Below, piece by piece: positions 25,101 to 38,700 of a stretch of 64,000 nt of DNA (position 1 is the stretch's first letter; each line of letters begins with the position of its first letter). The translations under genes were made by a program, and so were the position numbers. Where the stretch lies: the NCBI GenBank assembly GCA_964035545.1, contig OZ037767.1:7698581-7762580 (forward strand), given 5' to 3'. The DNA comes from Bugula neritina. Its lineage: Eukaryota; Animalia; Bryozoa. The notes below the pieces were generated by a model. It did not search any database. It worked only from the letters and a program-made list of their open reading frames with translations, and was not told where the DNA came from.

Positions 25101-28100
25101 TATATAAGTGATTAGTTATAAAGTGGTTTGAATACACTACTTGACCAAGACTTATCACAGCTTTGTATTAACTTTTATAAAACAAGAACATATTACACTT
25201 GAGTAAAATACCAGTAGGAATGTATAGGCAGATATACATGTATAAACTTTGTGCATTTACAAAATCAGAGCGACTATGCTTTTGACTACTAAACCTAATA
25301 GAATGTTATTACATGATAAAAGTTAGTAAACAGAGTCCTAACTTTATAACATAAAATTAATGATTGAATAATTTTGAAATTAACCTTTGAAACTGCATTT
25401 CGGTGATATCATTTTATTCAGCAAATTGTGATTGAATACTGTTAACATAATCAAAATAGTCTGAAAAAAATATTTGTATTATTGTTCAAGCGTTTTTAAA
25501 AATAATATTATAAATGCATAGCAAAAAATCCTTAGAGTGAGTCCAGCAACATTGAATAACATTTAATTGTCAGATTGCTAGTTAGCATGTGGGTGAGGAC
25601 AGCTGTTTCTAACAGATGCAAACCACATTTGAAGGCTGCTTTGCGTTAATTGAGGCCAAGAAATAAATTAAAAAGCTGATTCAGAAATTTTAAGGGATAA
25701 AATAAATTATATTAGTAAGCTAAATGCAATATACTCTGCTCACCATAGCCATATATTTCAACTTCTCTGAATGCTACTCCTAGAGTATTATCAGTAAGTA
25801 TGGCAAACTGTTGTATGTATGGTGATACATTCAGTGCACATAACACATTAAACAAAACCCCTTGAGGATCTTGATCATATCTACATATTTTCCAGTTATT
25901 GTTTGACCCAGTGTTTGGTGGTTTGTTTACATCATGTGGCTCGGAGTTAGTCAGGTAATACATCTGCTTTAGTCTGTCAGCTATAAATAAAGATTAAAAT
26001 AGATAATTATAGAACTAGTTAGTGACTGAACAATATAACCAATAAAACTGTTCTAATTTATGACTTTATTTCATATTTGTTGTTCAAATGCACAGCACTT
26101 GGTAATAAATATCACCGTATCCAAAAAATTGCAAATTGTGTTCAAATCAAAAGTAGTCAGAGGTAGCAATTATTTAGTGTTATTCTAATCGTTTTTAAAA
26201 AAAAGTGATGGGTTACTCAACTAACTGATAAAAGCTATTTTTATTATGAATATTTGCCCTACTAATGAAGAAAAGTAAAGGTGCAGAATTTTCACAGACT
26301 GCCAATAAGCACTGTTGAAATTACATTAACAATTGTGATGAGAATACATTAGAGTTTGCACATTATTGATATTTGGAGTATGACACCCGGTTTTTAGAGC
26401 TTAGATTCTTTCACAAATATTGCAATAATTTTCTTAACTTTCCGAAAAAATACAATATAATATAAGATAGAACTAATCATTGAGAATATTATTAATTTAG
26501 ATCTATGTTTCATACTATGTTTTGTATTAGCCATATGTAATTGTTAATCAAAGGTTTTGCAATGAAACTGCACAGATCAGTAAATAAAATACTAAATGTA
26601 TTTAAGTAGTTCAAAATCTTTTACTTGGCATTTTATTAGGTTTGACAGTGACATACATAGAATTATATACAAGTTAAAAAAACAAAAAATGGTTCTTCTT
26701 ATGGAGCACCAGTGCACATAAACTCTAAGATAATATCAATCAGATCAAAAGAGGTAATTAAAGGTTCATGGAAAGCTTAAATTATTTTGTTAATTGCCAT
26801 TTTGTATATTAGTTATTATGATGACGTTATGTTTGTTATTAGTATAAAAATCGTACCACAAGGGTTTCCATTACAGCCACTATCTTGAGCATATATTCTG
26901 GCAAACTGGAAGATGATTTTTTTTCCCAAGTCTACTTTCCACCATTCACCGGCTTTAGACTGTCCTGTGTTAGAGTAGCTACTGTCTATTTTACCATCAA
27001 TAGCAACTTCAGCAGACCAGTTACTATCACCTCCTGTATAATTTGACTTCTGGTAGGCTGTGCCTTTAGTAGCATAATTTATTCCTGAAATTACAAAAAT
27101 AATATGGCATTGTATAGAAATATACATACATGTAGTGCATGAAGATGTTAGCCAATAATTCTTAAAGTCATTAAAGTTTTAAAGTCAATGTTTTAATAAA
27201 AGTATATCATGCAAAAGTTTGCATGACAATATCACTATAACCAGATAATATGCATGTCTGGTGTGATCAAAATTGTATTTTCTATTAAGCTATGGCCATG
27301 TGATATTCATAACCTTTGATCAGCAATGAGTTTCATGATTTTTAATAGAATAGTTGGCGCCAGAAACAAATATTACTGAAACCTTGTATGAGACTTCACC
27401 TCACAGCTTTGATGTAAAATCAGCCTTGCAATAGGCTAATTCTTTGCCATTCAATGATTTATGAATGCAGTGAAAAATTGGCACTGAACCTAGCTTTCTA
27501 AAAATAAACAACTCTGTCTACTTTGAACAATAATTAAAATTATTTTCATATGAAATAGTAGAATTAGGTAAGGTAAAGTTTATTTACCAAAGTGTTCTGC
27601 AAAATATAATTAAGAATAAAATGAACAAATTCTTTTTATTCTATTTATTTTAAGAATTTGATGGATCACTTATCCAATGTCTGATTAATTTGTGTAAGTA
27701 AAATACCAATCGGGAAAATCTTGATCTTGGAGTCATCTGTTGAGATAATAACTTTAGTAACATGCACAATTACATTTTTAGACAAAAACTATCATTGTTT
27801 TGTTAGGAAAAAACTAGCCTCTAAACAATGGTTGTATAAGGTTTTGCAGAATTGAAAAAGGATAAAGATCTACAATGTAATAAAAACATCGAAGTTTTAA
27901 AAATGCATTCAAACAGATTTTCAATATTGAAAGAAGTCTGGGAATTGTTTCAAACATTTTTACTTCCATAAAACACTGTAGCTAGTAGAAAATGCTTTGC
28001 TAAAAAATCAATGAAAGAGCTAATTTATGAGACTATTGATCGGACTGCTGTAGCAGTAGCAGAAGATAACAAGAGATTCCCAGTAAGTTAAAAACATATT

Positions 28101-31100
28101 GAACTTGGTGCTCAATATTTTTTAATTAAAACACTCTGCGAATGCTGCCTACTATAGCTGTAAGAATAATACACATATGTAAATGTTATAGGCCACTATG
28201 CTCAAACAATATTTTTCATGCTAAACTATTTGTAAAACTCACTTTTCTTTGAGAAGATTTGAACTTCTTTAAGGGAGACAATTCCTGTCTGCTCTCTAGA
28301 AACAGCAATGTACTTAAACCTTCCTACATTACTGAGTTCAATGACATGGAGGTAGTTTATTGGATCACTCTGAGTAGAGATAACTTCCCAGTCAGATGTA
28401 GAGGGATATGAAGTAGTGGATACTGTCTCTCTGTTAGAACCCCACACAGTTATATTTGATAGTCTGTAACCTAAAATATAATGTTTGCCATACACAACTT
28501 ATACACTTATAACACATTATCATATGTTAAAAAGTGTTCACAACAACAACCACTGTTAAATGCTAAAACTGTGGTAATAAACTCAACAGTACATTTTCAT
28601 ACAGGGTTATATAGTGTTAGCAACTGAATTACACTTTATACAGACAAACATCCTAAAGTGATGCAAATGGACATTCCACCATCATGCAGTTATGTCAAAA
28701 GTAAAAATGATTTTAATAAAAAGTTATGCACCAATGTTGAAATATGCTTTTCTATACATACAGCTAAATGTTAAAGCAGTTTTTAATCATGTTTCGTTAT
28801 TGCAAATGTTTTATATCATAAATGTTTCAAACTTGAAATTTACTTTCAGAGAAATAAACTGTTAGAGAAACTGAATTCACACAGAATATGTAAGCTTTAG
28901 AAAAAGAAGCTACTCATGCAGTACAAACTTTTAGGAAATCAAAATTCCGCTGGTATTTCAAACAGTCGTATCTATTGTAGTGAACAGTATGCAAACCTTA
29001 TAAGTTGCATTTTGCCTATTTATATATGATTTTTTTTCAGGTTAGCTGTGTCTACAGTAAACTCTTGGCTCTGAAAACGGTCAGTTTGCCAAAGCCTGTG
29101 TCACTGGAAAGGTCATTTTGTAGACAACCAAATAAGATTGAAGGTGTGCATGAGGTAGGGCCTAATAGAGCGAGGAGGAATAAATGCAACCACGAACCTA
29201 ACTTCCTTATATCTGTCATACAATGGTAATAGTGTCCGCAACGTCAATATACTAGACTTGGCTAGCATTTGATAGGTCAATAGATTTATTGAACAAAGTC
29301 AAGATGTGAAATTAAACAAAAAATATTGTCATTTTAACTTAAACTCATGCAAGTTGATAGTCACCATCCCTGTTGGAAACCCTTGATAGAATGGGTTTTT
29401 ATCGAATTTGGCTATAAAGACTTATTCAGAAAGGTCACAGAAGAAATTGTGACTAGATGCTTTTTTAACATCACCAATGACTTATGTCAGGTTAGAACCC
29501 ATGACGTCATGTTTACTCGGCAAATAATCCATAAACCCCTTAACCAAGGCTGCTCTTTATTGTTGTTTAAACATACTTTTTTAATATTTTCAAGAGCTAA
29601 TAAATAATATCACGTATTTTTCAAAAGAAAAATCATTTATAGCACAAAAGAAACAGGATAACTCATTAGTGTTATAAAAACCGATTATATAAATGAAAAA
29701 GTAGGGGTAAGGGGGGGGGCACAACGGTCATAGGGGTACAAAAAGCCGCAGCCAAATTGTGAAAAAACTTATTGACTTAGAGTTGTGATTTTCTTTTCAT
29801 AAAAATGTATTGACATTGTTATTCAGCCATTGTAGTTTCAACACTTGCGAAACATATGTGTTGAAAAGGCAAGTAAAACTGGTTTTACCTACTGTTTGTA
29901 AATTTTTTAAGATGTCATTAAAGCTTTACAACTTTTTACATTCAAAGGCAACAAGCTTAGATTTTACTGATATTGTTGCCATTGCTTGTCTCTACCTTGC
30001 TTAACTAGTATAACAGCAAACTCTAAAATGAATTTTCATTGAAGCACATTTATTTTCAAACAACGGAACACTCACTGTCACACACATGAGGCGCTCTACT
30101 AACGTCATATGATGGTCAAGAGCCTTCTACCTCATCAGAGGTAATCAGAAGTAATTTGACCACCCGGGCACAATTGGCCACGCTGACCGAGGCACAATGG
30201 GCCACCTGATTATTGCACCCTGATCACTGTCATTAGTTTGTTTGCCCAAAAAGTTGGTTGAAATGTTACTAAAATCTATAGATATAGCCATTTCTGACCT
30301 GTTTGTAAAATATCAAAGACATCATGGTAAGACTACAAAACTACAAGGTGAAGCTCCCCTAATATATATACATCTGGAGAGGTTAAATCTTTACCATTTT
30401 ATACATAATACAAAACACTCTGTTGTTGCTACTAGAACATAATCATGATATTCATTATACTCAGACATTGTATCATTGAGGGAATATACAAGTATTTGAC
30501 TAAAATAAATTGTGATTTGCTCATTTGCTCCCCCCCTCTCCCTTCCGTACTCCAGCCACAAACTGAAGCTATGCACCTTAGCTAGTTCATAGAAAAAAGT
30601 CCACTCGGAATGTTGTAGTACATGTTACTAAGGTTTTTTTCAGATAACAGTTCCTCTGAAGTGAAAATAAAAAAACATTTTTAGTTCTAAACAGTAATGA
30701 TAATGGCACCGAAGAAATGAGGGATGTGCATTTAGTTTTGCCTTTCCCTGCTATCTGTGGTAGCACAAACTGTACAGCTAAAACATGAATAATTTTTATT
30801 TATTTGTAATATTAAATAAATAAATATCAGATGCAACAAAATCTGCTAAGTTTCAATGTACTTGTTGTGTCCCACCCAGTGGCCCATTGCACCCCGGTAC
30901 CTGGGCACAATGGGCCAATTTTTTCGTTATAAAAATTTTGTTATTCTGAAAGTTGTGAGAGAGATAGAAACAAAAATTGATACTTGTAATAGACAACAGA
31001 TGCAGCATTAGGACTAAAGATTATTGAACTAGTAACTTGAAAAACAGAAGAATGAGAGCAAAAAATGCAAAATTTGGCCCGTTGTGCCCCCCCCTCCATT

Positions 31101-32541
31101 ACCCTTAATGCTTGTGCCGAATGACAATATTAACTTCTAGCTATAAAAGTTGTTTTTTACCACAGAATAAACAAAATATTGCAGTAAAGTAACTAATGAA
31201 GTTTTTTTTACCTAGCTGATAACAGTGAAATAACTGACTTAAATTACATTAATACTAAATTGTAGCACTTATGTTGCAAATGTAAACTATCCTGTTGCAT
31301 TGTAACACTTATGTAAGCAACATGTAATAAAAGCAGTCAGTAGATTATGAATAAAAACACATGACTAATTACTATATTAATAATCCTTATTAGCAGCATT
31401 AAATATGAGAGTGGCGTCATTATTATATTTTAAGATACAATGGTGAGCTTATAACTTTCGAAGCAAATTCTTGATCATACAGCATTTTTTCATCTTTCAA
31501 CATACAAAATGAGGTCAAAAAGACCTAAATGTCAAAAACTATGCTGCAGGAGTAACTCCAGAAGTTAAATGCCGGCTTATATGAAAAATTCTTGAATATC
31601 TTATAATAAGCAAAAACTAATTTTTGTGTTTGCTTCACTTGTGTGTTACTAAAGACCTAAAACATATATTAACAGGAGTAAGTAAATAATTTTTTCAAGT
31701 CATATTACTTATATATATAATAAAAAATACAGTGTAAACAACTTTTTTTCAAAATATAGAAACTAATTTGTCATGTTAACTTTAAATTACAATTATTACA
31801 CTATATAATCAGATAGGTAGTGGTTTGTCTTAAATTAATCAATGAAGAAACAGTATGAAGTAAACTTAATGTATTCCATATTTAAACTGTTTCTATCACT
31901 TACATAGGATATTACAATGCATATGTATGCTGTATGCAGTATATCTATCATTCTACACGACTATATTAAATATATAGACAATGTCAACAATGACAATGAC
32001 AAGACAACAGTAAAGATATTCAATATTTTTGTGAGTGAAAAACCTTTGAAAATTGAAAGGCCTCAGTTAATTTGCAGAAGTACAGTAATAAATTTTATAG
32101 ATGGATGGTTTCATGAGCCAAAAATGTTTCAGTTGGCTATACATAATTACCTTTGAGCAGGAATAAAACAAGTTTATAGGTTGTTGAGTAAAGAATATTA
32201 ACAAAAGCAGATACTTACTGAAATATCCCTGTCTATTGTAGAGTTCAATCCACTGAACATTATACGTGTCTTCTAAATCAACCATCCAGAACTGTTTCGA
32301 CTTGTCTTGCGTATGGGTTACTAAGAAATCAGCTGTATCAACAGCAGCTATTACTCCATCAACACCATAACTTGAAAAATGACTGCTATATGGGATGACA
32401 GTTTCGATGTAGGTGCTGCTTTCATGTGTTGTTTTTCTGTACGCCAAGTTATCTAAAAATTATAAGAAATAATATATATATAAGTATATATATAAGTATA
32501 TATATAAGTATATATATAAGTATATATATAAGTATATATAA

Positions 32542-32636
<95 letters not shown>

Positions 32637-32640
32637 AATA

Positions 32641-32724
<84 letters not shown>

Positions 32725-35700
32725 TATATATATATATATAAATATATATATATATAATATACTATACTCTAATCTACACTATCACTACTATACTATATAC
32801 TCTCATCACACCCATCCCCACCCTAATAGTAGTGTACTATCTACCTGTACCTACAGAGTGCTGGACTGAGCAAATAAGGGGGTGCAAATGGAAGGGTAGA
32901 GCATAACAGGAATCATACTGAAAACATGGAACCTATCAAGTGGCAGCATCATAAAATACATTGATTTATTCATATATTTAGCCTACTCATGAGAAAAAAA
33001 GATGCAAACATTGATTCTTTGAGAAATAAAACTTTTTAGAAATAAACCCACAAGTGATAATTGTAATCATGGTCTTTTCTTATTTAGTAGATTTCTATTT
33101 ACTAGAAATATTGTGCTTTTAAATTCTAAGAGTTTACCGGTTTTCTTAAAAAATTAAATCTGTTCAATCAATTTTACAAAATAGGTATACTTTTTAACAA
33201 TATCCAAATTAAATGTTATGAAAATGATTGTAGATAAAATGTAAACGTCTTTGGTCTTTTTTATGACTTTATCCACGTTGCAGTAACTGTACAAAGTCTA
33301 GTTTTAAATATAAGTAAAAATCAGTTTTTAATATAACATAATACATACCAACATCTTTAAAATGAAACCATTTTTAAAAAGATATTATTTATACCCACAC
33401 AGGATAGTTAAGGGCAACCTTTTAGCTGCAACTGCCTTGCTGAGGTTTGCATTGTAATCATATAAGAATTCAGTACCAGTAAAATAAAATCTCACCTAAT
33501 TGTGCTAGAGTCAAAATTTAAAAACTATGTTGTAGATCTTCTTTTTCTCCAGTGTAAGTTTTTTGGAAATTTCAATTTTCATTTTTTTTGCGAAGTTATA
33601 GACAAAAAACTGCCGAATTTTGGCCAATTTTGCCTGAAAAGCTGACTTTTCAGTACCAGTAAAATATCTCAGCAGCAAAGCATGATATCTAAATAAAAAT
33701 TGCACTGCTGGAATCCTGAGATATTTCTCCAGTGTAAGTTTTTTTCTTTTTTCAATAACTCTGCTAGATTGCTCATAAATTGGTGATTTATACACTGAAA
33801 ATGCCATATTTTCTCATAAGAAACTAGCAGCGCGCAGCGCTTCACCCTTCACTGAGCACGTAGGGATGAGAAGATATTGGCGCCTACATAATAATTACAG
33901 GCTAGCTAGCTGGCAGGCTATAATGAATCGCTTGCTTTGTACTTTGTTTATGTAGCACCCATAATGGAATGTTGATAGATAACGCAGCCCTAACGAAGGT
34001 TGCTGCTTATTGGTTGTAGTTTAATCTTAGGCTAAACAATTACAAGTAGGCAACACGCATGCCACCCGCAGAGCAATATTATTCAAGAACCCAAACTACA
34101 TTTTGAGAGAAATTTATGATATTCTTAGTGAGGATGCCCTTAACTATCCTGTGCACATTGAGTTTTCTCTTCATGAAATGGCGCTCAGTTACAAACTTTT
34201 AGGATTTCAGCACGCAATTGTGATGAAAATTAGGCTAGCAATAGGCTGAAAGTTTTTTAATGTGTTGTATATAATATAGTTGTTAGGCGCTAGAAATATC
34301 AAGATCGTAGCTATTTGTGAAAGGTGAGTTTGAGTCCCTGAAAATTGACAATTTTGAAAAATTGTCAAATTTTTGGCCCAAAAACGTAATGCAACAGAAA
34401 ATTTTTCTCAACATCTATGGCATATTTGATGCTTTGATTTGAATGACAATAAATAGAACTATCACTCATAAAAGTATGAAAGGTTTGTCTTGAATCGACT
34501 CCGGGATATAAATTCATGAAGTTGACCTACGGTACCGAAAACCATGAAAAAAGTATACCGATTTTTTACCAACCTATGCTCACAAAAAGTGCCATTACTA
34601 CAAAGCTATTAAAAATTAAGGGCTAATATTTGATATATTTTTATTTGACATGTCCTGGAATACTCTACTGAAATTTAAAAAAAAATTGATATCAGGTCGG
34701 TTTTGGCCTTTTTGCACGTCTACTCTCAACTGCATCAGCGTAAAAAAAGACTGGAAAATGTGGTTGTGGCACGTGACTGGGGCATCTCACAACCGGCGGA
34801 TTAATTTCACTCGGTGTTCCGCCCATGTAAAAGTCTGTTTCTACGTTGAGCCCACAACTCCTGTAATTGACTGATGGCTCTTCTGTATAGCATCCCGCTG
34901 GACTTACATACTCGCCGCTTTGATCGCAGTCACATATGAAGTCTTATAGGTATTGGGGGGGGGTTGCCTGGTACGTTGCCCTCGTCTTTATAGGAAGGCC
35001 GTGAACTCACCTGTAGACTATCAAGTTCAGGCTTCTGAAGTGACGGTGGCCGACCTGGCGCCGGAGGCGGTGGACTCACTTCCGTTGGGAGAAGCGGTCG
35101 TTCGTCTCTCACCAGATCCTCTTCCCACGACACGACCATTTCACATTTGGGTTCATGCCGCTGTTGCCCACGCGTTGCTGTCAGCCTCCGGGGCTCCAAA
35201 AAGGTGGAGTGTGTCTTTCCCACCGCCTCAGGGCTGGCCCAATGCGGCTTCAAGCAAGCATTATCTTGAATGAACCCTTGTCCTCAGCGCTTAATCTTGT
35301 AGGTATGGTTGCGCATTGCCTCAACTACTACGTAGGGCCCATGAATTTGGGCTGTAGTTCAGCCGCCTGTTCGAGACGGCTATGGTGGTTGACCATCCAT
35401 ACCCAGTCTCTCATTTGATAGAGGGGTGGTTTTTCTGAGTCTTCACACCACACCTGCAACTGGTTCTCTCGCAGCATTTCGTGTGCGGTCCTCATCCGTT
35501 CCACTGGCTCACTGACATACTCAGGGACCGAGTTATCCTGCTCAGGGACATGATAGGTAAGGTGGTCGGGGACCCGAGTCTTTCGATTGAGCATCAGGAT
35601 ATTGGGGGTCTCACCACTACTGTTTTGTGGGAAACTGCGATAGGTACGCATGACTTGCGGCAGAACTGTATCCCATTCCTCCTGACTGTGGCGAAGGAGC

Positions 35701-38700
35701 AGACTCCGGAGGGCATTATCTAACATTCGGTTATTGCGCTTCACCACCACGTTGCCTTGTGGATGGTAGGGGATGGTCTTGCTCTGATTTACTCCCCAGA
35801 GGCGACAGAAGTCACTCATTAGCTGAGACAAAAATTGAGCACCTTGGTCTGAATGTATCTGTTCGGCAAAGCTGAAATAACAGAACACATTTTGATCCAG
35901 AACCAGGGCCACCGGTCGGAGTCGACGCATCTGAAATAGCCAGGGCGTCGGCTCACCTGGTAAAGTGGTTAGTCAACACTAGGATCTAGCTGTTGCCTCT
36001 AAGAGTTGGAGGCATGGGTCTGACCAGGTCGACAGCTACCACTTGCCACGGCCGTCCAGTGTGTAATCTCCGTCATTCCGCTTCACCAGGGAGATGACCA
36101 TGTTTACTGGCCAGGCAGATTTCGCACTGTCTTACTCTGAGTCGCGCGTCACATCCCATCCTAGGCCAATACCACCGGAGTTGCAACTTGGCGATCACCT
36201 TCTGGACTCTTGCGTGAGCCTGTTTGTGGGTATCCCAAATCAACCCTTGGCGTGTTTTGACTGTAGTGTGGCAGCCCCATGACTGTTGAATTAAAATTGA
36301 AAGAAATCCTACAGCTATAGCCACATTTACCCCATAACCATGATTACACATAGAGAAAAAATCTTTTGCTAAGGCATGGGGGGCAAACCTTGCCCTACAG
36401 TGTGCTAGCCAGCGCCCGTAACCTCTGGACCACACAGGCTTTGCCACAACCATAGCACTATATGAGTAATTATCATTATATAAATATCTGGAGACACAGA
36501 TGGGCATATAATTATTAGACTATAATATGTTGATTAGCAGTGGATAGCTGTAGATAATCTTGAAAAACTAACCCAAAAGTTAAAAAATAAGTAGCCTGCA
36601 TATTACTAGTTACAAAAATATGTCTGAAATAGACAGGTATAGCATGCTATTGTCTATTAGAGTTTGCAGTTGTGGTCCAAAATATAAATTAAACTGTATG
36701 CTATTACATAAGCTTATGCATGTAAAATGTGATGACAACACTAAGTTTGAAGAAAACAACATACTTGGAGAAAACTTTGACAATAGTGTGCTATTTTCTT
36801 CATACAGTAGCACACGTTATAGGACCTATACTCTATAGCATAACTCTCTAATCATATAAATCTTTATGAAGCCCACAGCTCATGTAAGGGTGACAATGCA
36901 ATTTGAAACGAAAAGTTATGTTGCTGCATTGTGTTTAAGGTGTATTATGAAGAAAAATTGGGTTTTTGGTAGCCTACCCAACGGTATTCTACAATGCAGC
37001 TCATATGCTAGCAGTTGTAATAAGTACTTATAATAGCAAGGTTACTATCATGGCTAGCTCTGTGCAGTATGTAACCTCTTGAATAATTGCGCCAATTTTG
37101 AACCCTCATAGAAGTTTGCCAAGATATCATATCACAGCCAGCCACAGGAGACAAAGCATCACAGTTATTCATATAATATACTGATGCACTTGGTAGCAGA
37201 TTGGCTAATCAAATAATATTTTATAGTTCAACACCCTTTACTTGGGAAATACAGCCTTTTTAGGTTTACCTAACAAACCATGGAAATATCAAAACTAATA
37301 TTCTAATAATTGAGAGGTACATTTTGGAAACTACGTTAATTGCACTTGTTTGCACAATTACAATAATAAAATATATAATGCAATATGATAAAAAACAGAT
37401 AATATTATATAATATACTATAATGATCATAATATAACATTATAGGTAACATGACTGCATTTTATAACTCGAATGGTTGCCAATTCTGTAATTACATCAAA
37501 AATTAAGATAAGAAAGTTAAACTAGCTAGGCAGCAGGTTGAAATAAAGCAGATTCCTAAAACATGAAATCATGATTTGACAATTGTTTTGTTTAGGCTAA
37601 CCAACCTAGGAATACAAAATTGGGTTTTAGCTGACAGGTCATAGCATGGAACTTTTGAGCTAGCAGCACTGGCACTTGTTAAGTATAAGCAAACTTAGTG
37701 AAGTGAGACTAACAAGCACCCAACTACAGTATAATTATTAAGATACAATAACAAGTCAGGAACTAGAATGAGTTAGAAAAAATGTGGAAGGGGACTATGT
37801 TTTTCAACAAGCTATATCTTTGACATGAATTGGCTTTTGAAAAAATTAAAAAATTATATTGGAGAACATAGGTTTCTTTATTTTTTCATATGTTTTTTGT
37901 TGCTGTAACATTCAACCTGTTCAAGCTATCAGTGGAACATTGTTCATATAGAGAGTAAAGCACCTGGCAAGCACCTGGCACAGAGCCAGAAACTAAAAAG
38001 CGTGACCTTAAACCAACTGTGATTTTCTTTTTATATATATATTATTCTGTTCTCTTTTTGGGCTGATGTTTTATAGCAGGTGAATGTGCCGTTCGATAGG
38101 TCGGGCAGTGTAATGATTTGTATAGAGTTATCTTTAATATATCGAAAGGACAACTCCCCTGCTACTCCTCTATTATCGTAATACTAGCGTCCATCGTTTA
38201 CCCAGCTTGCTAGTAACTGCCTTCTAGGCTACTAACATGCCCTATGGACAATAGAAGGAGCTTAGTAATTAGAGCTGACAGATATCACGCTAAGATAGCC
38301 AGCAGTCAGACAGCAGGATAGCTATAATTAGGTTGTACATATTGTCTGCAGTTATGCAAGTGTTTTCCTGATGTTGTATAGTTTTACTTCTGTATATCGA
38401 AATTAAATAAAGCATATAATTAACTTTAACTCTGCGTAGTGGCATTGCTTTAAATAACTTGACAATTAGTGAATGCACAGTTTCACAACAATTTTCTGCT
38501 TTGTTATATTATTATTGCACTGTTGAATGTGGATTATTATGTGATTTCAAGTTTCACGCTGCCTAATTAGGCATAATAAAAAACAAATCAAATTCCAATT
38601 GGTGAAAATTAAATAGTTTCTAGAGTTTCTACATAGAGAGCTTTTAGACTAGAGCCAGCAAAATATAAAACAGTATAAAAATGAAATCTGCATAAATTGC

